From NCBI GenBank assembly GCA_964577245.1, contig CAZNYI010000004.1:1-33634 (forward strand): 33,634 nt of DNA, written 5' to 3'. Below, one piece after another: positions 14,852-23,674 of the stretch (within the stretch, counting starts at the first letter, position 1; every line of letters starts with the position of its first letter). A program made the translations under genes and the position numbers. The notes below the pieces were generated by a model that did not search any database, was not told where the DNA came from, and worked only from the letters and a program-made list of their open reading frames with translations. The stretch comes from an uncultured Candidatus Saccharibacteria bacterium (GTDB lineage Bacteria > Patescibacteriota > Minisyncoccia > UBA6257 > 2-01-FULL-56-20).

Positions 14852-15457
14852 ATGAAGGGCAACACTGCATATAATATGGCGCGCGAAATGCTTATGGCGG
14901 GTGGCGTTGGCGTAATGCCCACTGATACACTCTATGGCATTGTTGGTTCTGCGCTGCGATCGCGCACGGTAGCGCGCATTTACCGCTTGCGGCGGCGCAG
15001 TCCAAAAAAACCGATGATCATTTTGATAGGGGACGTGCGTGATGTTTCCCGTTTCGGCGTGCACCTTGACCGCGCCACCTCGAAGCTTTTAAAAAAAGTG
15101 TGGCCGGGGAAAGTGAGCGTTGTTTTGCCGATCGCGGAGGGGCGCGCATCGGTGCTAAAAAAATTCAAATATCTCCATCGTGGCGGCGGTTCGCTTGCGT
15201 TCCGTTTGCCCCGCCCGGCGTGGCTTCGCGCGATGCTCCAAAAAACCGGGCCGCTCGTGGCGCCCAGCGCGAACTTTGAAGGTGCGCTGCCAGCCAAAAC
15301 GATCGCTGCGGCAAAGAAATATTTTGGCGACCGGGCGGACTTCTATATAGACGCTGGCCGATTAAATGCGAAGCCCTCAACCCTTATTGAGATCAAGCAT
15401 GGTGCCGCGAATATTCTCCGACGCGGCGCAGGAAAGATTCCCAAGCATCTTGCGTGA
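14852..15457 (+). CDS. tsaC: L-threonylcarbamoyladenylate synthase (YrdC/TsaC family)
   Basis: Motifs 'PTDTLYGIVG', 'RIYRLRRRSPKKPMIIL', 'WPGKVSVVL', 'LAFRLP' and 'GPLVAPSANFEG' match the YrdC/Sua5 domain. Confidence 0.85.
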   Translation: MKGNTAYNMAREMLMAGGVGVMPTDTLYGIVGSALRSRTVARIYRLRRRSPKKPMIILIGDVRDVSRFGVHLDRATSKLLKKVWPGKVSVVLPIAEGRASVLKKFKYLHRGGGSLAFRLPRPAWLRAMLQKTGPLVAPSANFEGALPAKTIAAAKKYFGDRADFYIDAGRLNAKPSTLIEIKHGAANILRRGAGKIPKHLA

Positions 15458-15497
15458 TCTTTCGTAATTTTGTATAACGAACGCAGGAGGTGGGCTT

Positions 15498-15752
15498 ATG
15501 TCTAAGCTCGCTCGGCTTAAACAGATTGTGGTGGCGTTTGCTGCGGGCATCTTTGTGGCGACGCTTGCGGCTTTGCTCTCATACTGGGGGCTGATGAGAA
15601 TCGCACTCACCTTTCTCCCCGTCGAGGCCCTGCTGATACCAGTCGTGGTGTGGGTTCCTGCCGTTCTTATGTTTTTGGCGAGCCTCGTCTTGGGGGTGCT
15701 GGCATTTCTCCGTGTTTGGCAGAAGCTTGGCCCTCAGCCAGCGGGGTGGTGA
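15498..15752 (+). CDS. small membrane protein, 84 aa
   Basis: SD AGGAGG (15484-15489) lies 8 nt upstream. Three hydrophobic helices. A classical terminator follows. Confidence 0.65.
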   Translation: MSKLARLKQIVVAFAAGIFVATLAALLSYWGLMRIALTFLPVEALLIPVVVWVPAVLMFLASLVLGVLAFLRVWQKLGPQPAGW

Positions 15753-15775
15753 GCGAGTATGCGTACTGCGGCATC

Positions 15776-15816
15776 GCGCGGCGGTCGGGTTCACCCGGCC
15801 CCCGCGCTTTCTTTTT
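15776..15816 (+). terminator. rho-independent terminator
   Basis: A 14-bp GC-rich stem (15776-15789/15794-15807, one mismatch, loop TTCA) followed by TTTCTTTTT. Confidence 0.75.
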
Positions 15817-15855
15817 ATGATCTTTTAATGCTCGGCGTGGTATGCTCTCACGGTA

Positions 15856-15861
15856 TATAAT
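15856..15861 (+). promoter_or_regulatory. -10 box, leaderless start
   Basis: TATAAT (15856-15861), then 6 nt to ATG 15868. Confidence 0.45.
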
Positions 15862-15867
15862 TTTCAT

Positions 15868-16236
15868 ATGCCTATATTCGGAAGATCGCTCAAGCTTTCT
15901 TGGACGCATCACGCCCAGGCAAAGATGCAGTTCTATAGATTGTCGCCTATGCGGGTGCGGCGCGTGTTGAACGCGCCGAAACGTGTGGAAGAAGGCGTGG
16001 CGCCCAAAACGGTGGCGGTGATGCAACCGGCGGCGATCAAGGCGTCTGGCGGGCGCGCAGGCGCGCAGAAAGAAGAGCGGTGGACACAAGAGATCTGGGT
16101 GATGATCCAAGACGTAGGGAAGGAGCGCCGCGTGATCAGTGCGTGGCGCTACCCGGGCGTAACGAAGCCCAGGAGCACGGTGCTGTTGAATATCGCTCGC
16201 GGCGAATATGAAGAGTTTTTAGCCAAAGAACAGTAG
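15868..16236 (+). CDS. hypothetical protein, 122 aa
   Basis: The ORF has a consensus -10 box at leaderless distance. The composition is protein-like. The overlapping antisense ORF 15667-16110 is Arg/Pro-rich and is rejected. Confidence 0.65.
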   Translation: MPIFGRSLKLSWTHHAQAKMQFYRLSPMRVRRVLNAPKRVEEGVAPKTVAVMQPAAIKASGGRAGAQKEERWTQEIWVMIQDVGKERRVISAWRYPGVTKPRSTVLLNIARGEYEEFLAKEQ

Positions 16237-16244
16237 TATATATC

Positions 16245-16700
16245 ATGATCCTCATCAGTCCTTCATTTGATAACAATGGGGCGATCCCGAAAAAGTTCAC
16301 GTGCGACGGCGGGGGTATCAATCCGGAATTGCGGATAGAGAACGTGCCGGCGGAGGCGGAAGGCCTGGCGTTGGTGCTTCACGACCCCGACGCGCCAACG
16401 CCCGGTGGTTTTACGCACTGGGTACTGTGGAACATTCCACCGTCTACCACGCTTATCAAAGAAGAGAGCGTCCCGCCGCGCGCTATGGAGGGAAGAAACT
16501 CGGATGGGGTGGGGTATGCGGCTCCGTGCCCGCCGCCGGGGCATGGCGTGCATCATTACGAATTTTATCTCTATGCCCTTGATACCACCCTTGATCTTCC
16601 CGTGACCGCGGGCCGCGCGGAGCTCACGGACGCATTAAAGGGCCATGTGCTTGAGGTAGCGAAGCTGTCGGGCATGTATGAGCGAAAAAAAGAATTGTGA
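16245..16700 (+). CDS. YbhB/YbcL-family PEBP (Raf kinase inhibitor-like) protein
   Basis: Motifs 'FTCDGGGINPEL', 'LHDPDAP...GFTHWVLWNIP', 'GY.APCPPPGHGVHHYEFYLYALD'. Confidence 0.9.
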   Translation: MILISPSFDNNGAIPKKFTCDGGGINPELRIENVPAEAEGLALVLHDPDAPTPGGFTHWVLWNIPPSTTLIKEESVPPRAMEGRNSDGVGYAAPCPPPGHGVHHYEFYLYALDTTLDLPVTAGRAELTDALKGHVLEVAKLSGMYERKKEL

Positions 16701-16709
16701 TATACTTAA

Positions 16710-17306
16710 GTGGCTAAACTAATGGAACAAACTGATCTTGAAATAATTCAATCCGTGCTGCGCGGGGACAAAGAGGCCTTTGCCATGCTGGTGGACCGCC
16801 ATGCGGGCACGGTCTATAAATTCGCATACCGCTATGTGCGGAACGGCGATGACGCGCAGGATGTGTCGCAGGAAGCGTTTGTCCGCGCCTGGAAGAATAT
16901 AAAAAAATTCGACGAAACGAGGAATTTTAAAACGTGGCTTTTTGCGATCGCAAAGAATGCCGCGCTCGACCTTATTAAAAAGAAAAAGCCACTGCTCTTT
17001 TCGCAGATCGCCGAAGAGGACGACCAACTGGATACTTTTTTTGCTCCTTTTCTTGCCGCGCCCGAACTCCCTGACGCCATTTTTGCGCACAAGATGGAAA
17101 AGGCGGACATCGCTCGCTCGCTCGCCACGCTCCCGCCGAATTACCGGATGGTGCTTGCGATGCGGTATAACGACCATTTGAAGTTTCGGGAGATCGCGGA
17201 GACCCTTGGCGAACCTATCGATACCGTAAAAAGCAAGCATCGGAGGGGGCTTGCCCTGCTTCGGCGGATCGTTACGGGCGAGGGCCCCGACTCAAGTTTC
17301 GCCTAG
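16710..17306 (+). CDS. ECF-type RNA polymerase sigma-70 family factor
   Basis: Region 2 (DDAQDVSQEAFVRAWKNIKKFD...FKTWLFAIAKNAALD) and region 4 (LPPNYRMVLAMRYNDHLKFREIAETLGEPIDTVKSKHRRGL). The track start is GTG 16710. ATG 16722 (MEQTDLE...) is equally plausible. Confidence 0.9.
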   Translation: MAKLMEQTDLEIIQSVLRGDKEAFAMLVDRHAGTVYKFAYRYVRNGDDAQDVSQEAFVRAWKNIKKFDETRNFKTWLFAIAKNAALDLIKKKKPLLFSQIAEEDDQLDTFFAPFLAAPELPDAIFAHKMEKADIARSLATLPPNYRMVLAMRYNDHLKFREIAETLGEPIDTVKSKHRRGLALLRRIVTGEGPDSSFA

Positions 17307-17356
17307 CGGCGTGACGGGCGCGCACCTAAAAGCGCCGCCCCGTCGTATTCTTATTA

Positions 17357-17761
17357 ATGGAAGACGGCATTTTTAACGAAATCATTCCTGAGCCGCCGGC
17401 GGAGCTTGTGAAAAACATCCTGCTTCGCATTGAACGGGAAGAGCATCGTCGGCTCGCGATGAATACCGCGGCATTCGGCGCGGTACTTTTAGGATCGCTC
17501 GTGCTCGCGGGATACGGCTGGATGGCAGCGGCGGGCGAGGCGTCGCGCTCGGGACTTTTGTCGTTCATCTCGCTTTTCTTGTCGGACTTTTCGGTCGCCA
17601 CGGCGAACCTTTCCGACTTTATGCTTTCCGTCGTGGAATCATTCCCGGTGTTTCCTGTTGCGCTGTTTCTCTCGGGCATTTTCTTCGCCATCTGGTCCGC
17701 GGCCCGCTTTGTACGCGAGATAGTGCTTACGCGGACGCATGTTTTTTCGGCCTTTTCGTAG
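17357..17761 (+). CDS. membrane protein in the anti-sigma position (putative anti-sigma factor)
   Basis: It lies immediately downstream of the ECF sigma gene. It has a short cytoplasmic N-terminus followed by three TM helices. No zinc-binding anti-sigma motif was seen, so the call rests on position only. Confidence 0.5.
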   Translation: MEDGIFNEIIPEPPAELVKNILLRIEREEHRRLAMNTAAFGAVLLGSLVLAGYGWMAAAGEASRSGLLSFISLFLSDFSVATANLSDFMLSVVESFPVFPVALFLSGIFFAIWSAARFVREIVLTRTHVFSAFS

Positions 17762-17772
17762 ATTAAAAAAAT

Positions 17773-18243
17773 ATGAAAGACCTCTTGCATTCTTCACCTT
17801 TAAAAGCGATTCTTTGGATATTGGGAGCGATCATCGTCTTACTCCTCGTCTTCGGATTGGGCGTCACGATCGGCGCGCGTCGGACGGTGTTCACGGGGCG
17901 GTTCGAAGAAAATTATTATAGGAATTTTTACGGCGCGCCGGGAGGGCCGATGCCATTCAACCAACACGGGGTGGCCGGCGAGGTGATAGACGTTTCAAGC
18001 TCAACGATCTCTGTAAAAGATACCGATGGCGATGAACATTCGGTGGCGGTACTTTCGGATACCGCGATCCGCGAAGGAGGCGCCGCAATCATGATCGGCG
18101 GGGTCGTGCCGGGCGATATGATCACCGTGATCGGAGCGCCGAACTCGCAGGGGCAGGTTGAGGCACGATTCATCCGCGTGTTTGCCGCGTCGTCGTCATC
18201 GCCGCCGGTGTTGCCGCCGTTGCCGGGGACTAATATGAACTAA
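17773..18243 (+). CDS. membrane-anchored small beta-barrel protein (DUF5666-like), paralog 1
   Basis: N-terminal TM helix. The pattern 'GEVIDVSSSTISVKD.DG.EHSVAV...T.I......I....V.PGD.ITVIG......G.VEA.FIRV' is shared with 22176-22616. Confidence 0.7.
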   Translation: MKDLLHSSPLKAILWILGAIIVLLLVFGLGVTIGARRTVFTGRFEENYYRNFYGAPGGPMPFNQHGVAGEVIDVSSSTISVKDTDGDEHSVAVLSDTAIREGGAAIMIGGVVPGDMITVIGAPNSQGQVEARFIRVFAASSSSPPVLPPLPGTNMN

Positions 18244-18260
18244 CCAATCAATACAAAACT

Positions 18261-20075
18261 ATGTTTTCAAAAATAGGACACTGGATGCGAGCGCATAAGA
18301 TAATTACCATCATCATCGTTCTGGTTATCGCCGCGGGCGGCTATTATTGGTATACCTCGACGCATGCGACCACTACGGTCACTAAGTACGTTATCCAGAA
18401 CGCCACGCAGGGGACGGTGGTCTCGTCGGTGACGGGGAGTGGGCAGGTGCAGGCGGTCACTTCGATTGACCTCAAGCCGCAGATCTCCGAAAACGTGACG
18501 AGGGTATATGTAAAGGTGGGCGATCACGTGGCGGCCGGACAGACGCTGGTGCAGCTTGATACTACGAACGAGCAGAAGGCGGTGAATCAAGCGCAATTAT
18601 CGCTCCAGTCGGCGCAGCTTTCTCTTGCGCAGATGCAGCAGGTTTCGACCAGCACCCTGCTTCAGGACCAGAGTGCAGTGATCAAGGGCCAGCAGAGCGT
18701 GGTCGATGCCTCAACGACGCTCGTTACGGATTATCAGAGCGGGTTTGATACGCTCTCTTCCGTGTTTGTAAATTTACAGACCGTCATGACGGATGCGGGC
18801 AACTTCGTGGTCGGGACCAACGTCAACAAGTCCCAAGCGAATCCCGACGCATACGTGAGCATTATGCCGACCTACCTTCAGACGGGGACGCAGTCATATA
18901 GCACCCCCGTTGCGCCAAGCTATAATAGTGCCCTCGTGAGCTATCAGCAAACGCTTGCGGACTATCATGCTGCCAACCGGAATTCCGACCGGGTGGCGCT
19001 CGACGCACTTTTCGCGGAGACCTATCACACGACGCAACTGGTGAGCGCAAGTATGAAATCGATCAACGATCTTTTGAATTACGTCATAAATAATTATCCA
19101 AAGGATAGTCGACTTGCGCCGCTTCCTGCGATCACGACTACGTTCCAAACGACGTTCGGCAATGATATTACGACGGTCAACAATAATGTGACGAGCGTGC
19201 AGAATGCCATCACTGGCATCGCGAACGACAAAAACACGTTCCAAAATAACCAGCTTTCACTTGCTCAGGCAAGCGAAACACTTGCGGAACTCACGGCAGG
19301 TCCGACGCCGTTGAATGTGCTTTCCCAGCAGATCAGTATCCAAAGTGCGCAGAATTCGCTTGCGACGGCGGAGCAGAACCTCGCGTATGATTCCATCCGC
19401 GCGCCACTTGCGGGGGTGATCTCCGCGGTACCCGCGGTCGTGGGCACCACGGTGCCGTCGCCTGCGGTGAGCATGGTGACGCAAGGGGAGCTCGCGCAAG
19501 TGACCTTGAACGAGGTGGATGCCGCGAAAGTGATGATTGGCAACAAAGCAACGCTTACCTTCGACGCGCTGCCCGATCTTTCGCTCGCGGGCCAGGTGAC
19601 AGAGATAGATACGGTGGGTACGGTGAGCCAGGGCGTGGTGAACTACAACGTGCAAGTGGCATTTCAGGAAGCTTCGGGTGCGCCCCAGGTGAAACCCGGC
19701 ATGAGTGTGACGGCGAGCATCGTTACGGCGGCGCATCAAAACGTGATCGCGGTTCCGAATGCGGCGGTCACGACGCAGGGCGGTGCGAGCTATGTGCTTG
19801 AGCCGGCCGCACCGGTTCCTTCCTCAACGCTTGCGGCAAGTGCGAATGGCGGCGTCACGCTTTCCGCGACCACGCGCGTGCCGGTTGTGATCGGATTGGC
19901 AAACGATACGCTCACGGAAATAACGTCCGGCGTGAATGTGGGAGACCAGATCGTTACGCAGACAATAAAATCAACGGCAAGTGCGGCGTCTGCCGCATCC
20001 ACTGGCGCGGGCGGGTTACGCATCGGCGGCGGACTTTTTGGCGGTGGGGGAGGCGGCGGCACTACCGGACGATGA
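18261..20075 (+). CDS. efflux periplasmic adaptor (HlyD/MacA family) with long coiled-coil insert and Gly-rich tail
   Basis: N-terminal TM helix. Lipoyl-like 'VYVKVGDHVAAGQTLVQLD' and 'IRAPLAGVIS'. Beta-barrel 'VTEIDTVGTVSQGVVNYNVQVAF'. The stop overlaps the next start (ATGA at 20072). Confidence 0.85.
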   Translation: MFSKIGHWMRAHKIITIIIVLVIAAGGYYWYTSTHATTTVTKYVIQNATQGTVVSSVTGSGQVQAVTSIDLKPQISENVTRVYVKVGDHVAAGQTLVQLDTTNEQKAVNQAQLSLQSAQLSLAQMQQVSTSTLLQDQSAVIKGQQSVVDASTTLVTDYQSGFDTLSSVFVNLQTVMTDAGNFVVGTNVNKSQANPDAYVSIMPTYLQTGTQSYSTPVAPSYNSALVSYQQTLADYHAANRNSDRVALDALFAETYHTTQLVSASMKSINDLLNYVINNYPKDSRLAPLPAITTTFQTTFGNDITTVNNNVTSVQNAITGIANDKNTFQNNQLSLAQASETLAELTAGPTPLNVLSQQISIQSAQNSLATAEQNLAYDSIRAPLAGVISAVPAVVGTTVPSPAVSMVTQGELAQVTLNEVDAAKVMIGNKATLTFDALPDLSLAGQVTEIDTVGTVSQGVVNYNVQVAFQEASGAPQVKPGMSVTASIVTAAHQNVIAVPNAAVTTQGGASYVLEPAAPVPSSTLAASANGGVTLSATTRVPVVIGLANDTLTEITSGVNVGDQIVTQTIKSTASAASAASTGAGGLRIGGGLFGGGGGGGTTGR

Positions 20076-20800
20076 ACACTATTATTGAATGCAAAGACAT
20101 ACGGAAGGTCTATAACACCGGCGGCATAGAAACCGAAGTTTTGAAAGGAATCACGTTCTCAGTGAACGAGGGGGAGTTTGTGGCGATCATGGGGCCGTCC
20201 GGATCGGGCAAATCCACCCTTATGCATATTTTGGGTGCACTTGATACGCCGACGAGCGGCGAATATTTTTTGGACGGGAAGGACGTCTCCAAACTTTCCG
20301 ACGACGAACTTGCCGACATCCGGCGTGAGAAGATCGGCTTCGTGTTCCAGGCCTTCAATCTTTTGCCACGCACCACGGTAATGCGGAACGTTTCGTTGCC
20401 ACTCATCTATGAAGGCGTGAGTAAGGAGCGGCGCGAAGTGATCGCGGCGAAGGCATTGAATGACTCGGCGTTCCCTGAGCAATTCTGGCAGCATCATTCA
20501 AACCAGCTTTCGGGCGGCATGATGCAGCGCGTGGCGGTGGCGCGCTCGCTCGTGAACGATCCGGCGCTCATTTTGGCCGACGAGCCGACGGGCAATCTTG
20601 ATTCCAAAACCGGCGAGATGGTATTGCACACCTTCCAAACGCTCAATGCGCAACAGGGCAAAACCATTATTTTGATCACCCACGAAGAAGATATTGCGAA
20701 GCACACCGATCGGATCATCCACATCCGCGATGGGAATATTTTGAGCGACGAAAAGAATCAGCACAAGGTCGTCGCGCGGCATGAAAAAGAAATACCATAA
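20072..20800 (+). CDS. ABC transporter ATP-binding protein (MacB/LolD-type)
   Basis: Walker A GPSGSGKST, Q-loop FVFQ, signature LSGGMMQR, Walker B ILADEPTGNLD, H-loop ITHE. Confidence 0.95.
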   Translation: MNTIIECKDIRKVYNTGGIETEVLKGITFSVNEGEFVAIMGPSGSGKSTLMHILGALDTPTSGEYFLDGKDVSKLSDDELADIRREKIGFVFQAFNLLPRTTVMRNVSLPLIYEGVSKERREVIAAKALNDSAFPEQFWQHHSNQLSGGMMQRVAVARSLVNDPALILADEPTGNLDSKTGEMVLHTFQTLNAQQGKTIILITHEEDIAKHTDRIIHIRDGNILSDEKNQHKVVARHEKEIP

Positions 20801-20808
20801 TTTTCCCT

Positions 20809-22050
20809 ATGACCACAAGAGATCTTTTTGACGAAACCTATAGCGCGGTGACCGTAAACAAAGTGCGGTCGGGCCTTACCATGCTCGGCATTGTGATCGG
20901 CATTGCGTCCGTGATCGCCCTGCAGGCGATTGGCACGGGTGCGCAGAGTTCCATCCAATCCAGTATTCAATCCATAGGGTCCAACTTGTTGCTTGTGATG
21001 CCGGGAGCCACGCGCTCATTTGGCTCTACGGTGAGTGCGGGACGGGGGAGTGCGCAAACGCTTACGCCGGAAGATTCGGCCGCGATTGGCCAGCTTTCGG
21101 GGGTCGCTGCGGTCTCACCCAGTGTGACCGGCCGCTACCAGGTGCTGTATAAGGGCACGAACACTAACACGAGCGTGCTCGGCGTGGTTCCCGCATACAC
21201 GTCGGTGCGGAACATTCAAGTGGACCAAGGGGCGTTCATCACGGATGCGGATGTTTCCGCTTCGAACCGCGTGGCGGTGATCGGTCCTACCGTGTTGCAG
21301 GACCTTTTTGGCAATGCGAATGCTACGGCAACGCCGGACATGGCGATCGGGCAAACGATCCGCATCAAAAATATTGATTTCAAAGTGGCGGGCGTTACGG
21401 TGTCCAAGGGTGGGAGCGGGTTCAATAACCAAGACAACATGATCTATGTGCCGCTCGCGACAGCGCAACATTTTCTGGTGGGCAATGTTTCATACGTGAC
21501 CGAAATTGATATTGAAGCGACCGACCAGTCGGTTATGACGCAAGTACAGAACGATGTCACGAATTTGCTGCTTGCTCGTCATAATATTTCCGACCCGACC
21601 CTCGCTGATTTCAATGTGCTGAACCAGGCAGACATCGTGGCGGCCGCATCCTCGGTGACAGGCACGTTCACCACGCTCCTCGCCGCGATCGCGGGGATTT
21701 CACTCGTGGTCGGTGGCATCGGCATCATGAACATGATGCTCACCACGGTCACCGAGCGCACGCGTGAGATTGGTCTGCGCAAGGCGATCGGTGCCAAGCG
21801 CAAAGACATCACGCTTCAGTTCCTCGCCGAGTCGGTCATGCTCACTTTTACCGGCGGGGTTGCGGGAATTATTCTTGGATGGCTTATTGCCCTAGCGGTC
21901 ACTTACCTTACTTCCATCGCCACCAGTATCTCCGTAAGTTCCATCGTCCTTGCGTTTGGCGTATCTGCGGTCATCGGTATTATTTTCGGCTATTATCCCG
22001 CGCGTCGTGCGGCGGGATTAAGTCCCATAGAAGCGCTACGGTACGAATAA
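20809..22050 (+). CDS. ABC transporter permease (MacB periplasmic domain plus FtsX domain)
   Basis: Layout is N-terminal TM helix, large extracytoplasmic domain, then three C-terminal TM helices. It has 'ERTREIGLRKAIGAKRKDI' and ends '...YYPARRAAGLSPIEALRYE'. Confidence 0.9.
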   Translation: MTTRDLFDETYSAVTVNKVRSGLTMLGIVIGIASVIALQAIGTGAQSSIQSSIQSIGSNLLLVMPGATRSFGSTVSAGRGSAQTLTPEDSAAIGQLSGVAAVSPSVTGRYQVLYKGTNTNTSVLGVVPAYTSVRNIQVDQGAFITDADVSASNRVAVIGPTVLQDLFGNANATATPDMAIGQTIRIKNIDFKVAGVTVSKGGSGFNNQDNMIYVPLATAQHFLVGNVSYVTEIDIEATDQSVMTQVQNDVTNLLLARHNISDPTLADFNVLNQADIVAAASSVTGTFTTLLAAIAGISLVVGGIGIMNMMLTTVTERTREIGLRKAIGAKRKDITLQFLAESVMLTFTGGVAGIILGWLIALAVTYLTSIATSISVSSIVLAFGVSAVIGIIFGYYPARRAAGLSPIEALRYE

Positions 22051-22054
22051 CATG

Positions 22055-22139
22055 TACATACTCCCGCGCACAGTAATGTTTTTGCCTCGTGGCATAAGAA
22101 TGAATTCGGCAAAAACATTACTGTGCGCGGGAGTATGTA
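22055..22139. repeat. perfect 32-bp inverted repeat (IR-3), 21-nt loop
   Basis: 22055-22086 is the exact reverse complement of 22108-22139. The left arm starts 4 nt after the permease stop codon. No U tract follows. Confidence 0.85.
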
Positions 22140-22175
22140 AAAGGTCGTTTAAATAACAATCAATTCTTAAAAACG

Positions 22176-22616
22176 ATGAAAAAATATACGGTGCACATTG
22201 TTTGGTTAGTAGTGGCGATCGTTGCGTTCGTCGGTGGTATGTATTACGGAAAGGGAACGGCATCGCCAACCCTCGCTATGCGTACGGGTAATTTTGCGAG
22301 TTCTACGCGTGGAGGATTTGGCGGCGCCCGTGGCGGCGGATTCGTGACGGGCAGTATCCTTTCAAAAGACGCACAAAGCTTGACAGTGCAGCTTGCGAAT
22401 GGAAATTCCGAAGTGGTGTTCTATTCCAGTTCCACTTCGGTTATCAAGCCGATGCCCGCATCGGTTGGTGATCTCGCGGTCGGAACGAACGTGATAGTGG
22501 ATGGTGCGCAGAACCCTGATGGCAGCGTGACGGCGCAGACTATCCAGGTACGGCAACCCGGCACGCCGGGCGGCGGTGCAGGCGGGGGAGGAACGCTGGG
22601 TGGAGGCGCACAATAA
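22176..22616 (+). CDS. membrane-anchored small beta-barrel protein (DUF5666-like), paralog 2
   Basis: N-terminal TM helix. The pattern 'GSILSKDAQSLTVQLANGNSEVVFYSSSTSV......VGDLAVGTNVIVDGAQNPDGSVTAQTIQV' and a Gly-rich tail resemble 17773-18243. Confidence 0.7.
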   Translation: MKKYTVHIVWLVVAIVAFVGGMYYGKGTASPTLAMRTGNFASSTRGGFGGARGGGFVTGSILSKDAQSLTVQLANGNSEVVFYSSSTSVIKPMPASVGDLAVGTNVIVDGAQNPDGSVTAQTIQVRQPGTPGGGAGGGGTLGGGAQ

Positions 22617-22624
22617 AACGTGAG

Positions 22625-22656
22625 AAGCTCGGCTCTGTCTGCCGAGCTTTTTATTT
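22625..22656 (+). terminator. rho-independent terminator (overlaps the stop of the convergent gene)
   Basis: AAGCTCGGC (22625-22633) pairs with GCCGAGCTT (22641-22649), loop TCTGTCT, followed by TTTTATTTAT. Confidence 0.7.
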
Positions 22657-23202
22657 ATGCTCAGGTTTCCAAACGACAAGAAGCATTTCTATAAGAAGGA
22701 GGCCGGCAAGCGTTACTCCCCATGCGGCAAAAACCATCAGTTCGAGCCGCCATTCACGTATTTCCACTTCGCGAAGCGAGCGGCCGGCCATCACGAATCC
22801 CGGCTGCGGGCCTGGTATGCGCACAACGACGATCGCCTGGCGCACACCGGGTTCCGGTTGCCACGTGACGCGGGTTTCCCCCGCGGCGCGGACGTAATCA
22901 AAAATGCCGGGCGGGAGCAGGGGAGCGAGTCCGTGCAAAAAACCGTTGCCGCCCGAAGGGACACCCGCGTCGCTATAAAAAACAAGATAGGGCGATAAGC
23001 TTTGTTCGATATTGATTGTTCCCGTGGCATTGCCCGAAATGGCTGCGGCGGCATCTTCCGCCATCTGGATCTGTGGATCGTTCGCCGACTGGCGATACGA
23101 CTGCTGCACGGCACCATACACGAGACCGCACAACATCGTCGCGACGAACGCGAGCGGCAGCCAACGTTTAAAGATAATAATTGAAGCATTCATAACTATC
23201 AT
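22651..23202 (-). CDS. hypothetical two-TM membrane protein
   Basis: TM helices lie near both termini (WLPLAFVATMLCGLVYG and MVFAAWGVTLAGLLLIEMLLVV). ATG 23193 (MNASIII...) is an alternative start, with TACAAT 7 nt upstream. Confidence 0.7.
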   Translation of the reverse strand: MIVMNASIIIFKRWLPLAFVATMLCGLVYGAVQQSYRQSANDPQIQMAEDAAAAISGNATGTINIEQSLSPYLVFYSDAGVPSGGNGFLHGLAPLLPPGIFDYVRAAGETRVTWQPEPGVRQAIVVVRIPGPQPGFVMAGRSLREVEIREWRLELMVFAAWGVTLAGLLLIEMLLVVWKPEHK

Positions 23203-23252
23203 TGTAATTTACGGGACACCATATTACAATACTTAAGTACTCTAACTATCAT
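23193..23252. promoter_or_regulatory. divergent control region with dyads (candidate MarR operator)
   Basis: ATTGTAAT (23201-23208) and ATTACAAT (23223-23230) form an inverted repeat. TACTTAAGTA (23230-23239) is a perfect 10-bp palindrome. TAACTATCAT is a direct repeat at 23193-23202 and 23243-23252. Confidence 0.35.
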
Positions 23253-23261
23253 CACTACTTC

Positions 23262-23672
23262 ATGAAGACATCTTCCGATCGCGTGAAGATCATTTCCCTG
23301 CTTTTCAACATCGGCCGTCGGATGCGGGACGAGAAAAGCAAATATTCCATGTTGCATTTTCAAACCCTGCGCTACGTGCAGGAAGAAGGGCGTCCACTGA
23401 TGCATGGGGTAGCCGCTTTTCTTCGTGTGACGCCACCGGCAGCCACCTTGCTTATCGACGGTCTTGCGAAAGACGGGCTGCTGATACGGTCGTTAGACAA
23501 AAAGGACCGCCGGACGGTGCGGGTATCGCTCACGCCCCGGGGTAAGAAGTTTATCGGACAGTGCATTCTGAAGAAAATGAGCAAGCTTAAGAAAACGTTT
23601 GGGGTGCTCACCCCTAAAGAGCGCAGCGCACTCGTCGCTTTACTTGAGAAGGTTTCAAAACAGAACCGCTAA
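23262..23672 (+). CDS. MarR-family transcriptional regulator
   Basis: Winged-helix pattern 'LRYVQEEGRPLMHGVAAFLRVTPPAATLLIDGLAKDGLLIRSLDKKDRRTVRVSLTPRGKKF'. Confidence 0.9.
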   Translation: MKTSSDRVKIISLLFNIGRRMRDEKSKYSMLHFQTLRYVQEEGRPLMHGVAAFLRVTPPAATLLIDGLAKDGLLIRSLDKKDRRTVRVSLTPRGKKFIGQCILKKMSKLKKTFGVLTPKERSALVALLEKVSKQNR

Positions 23673-23674
23673 GC

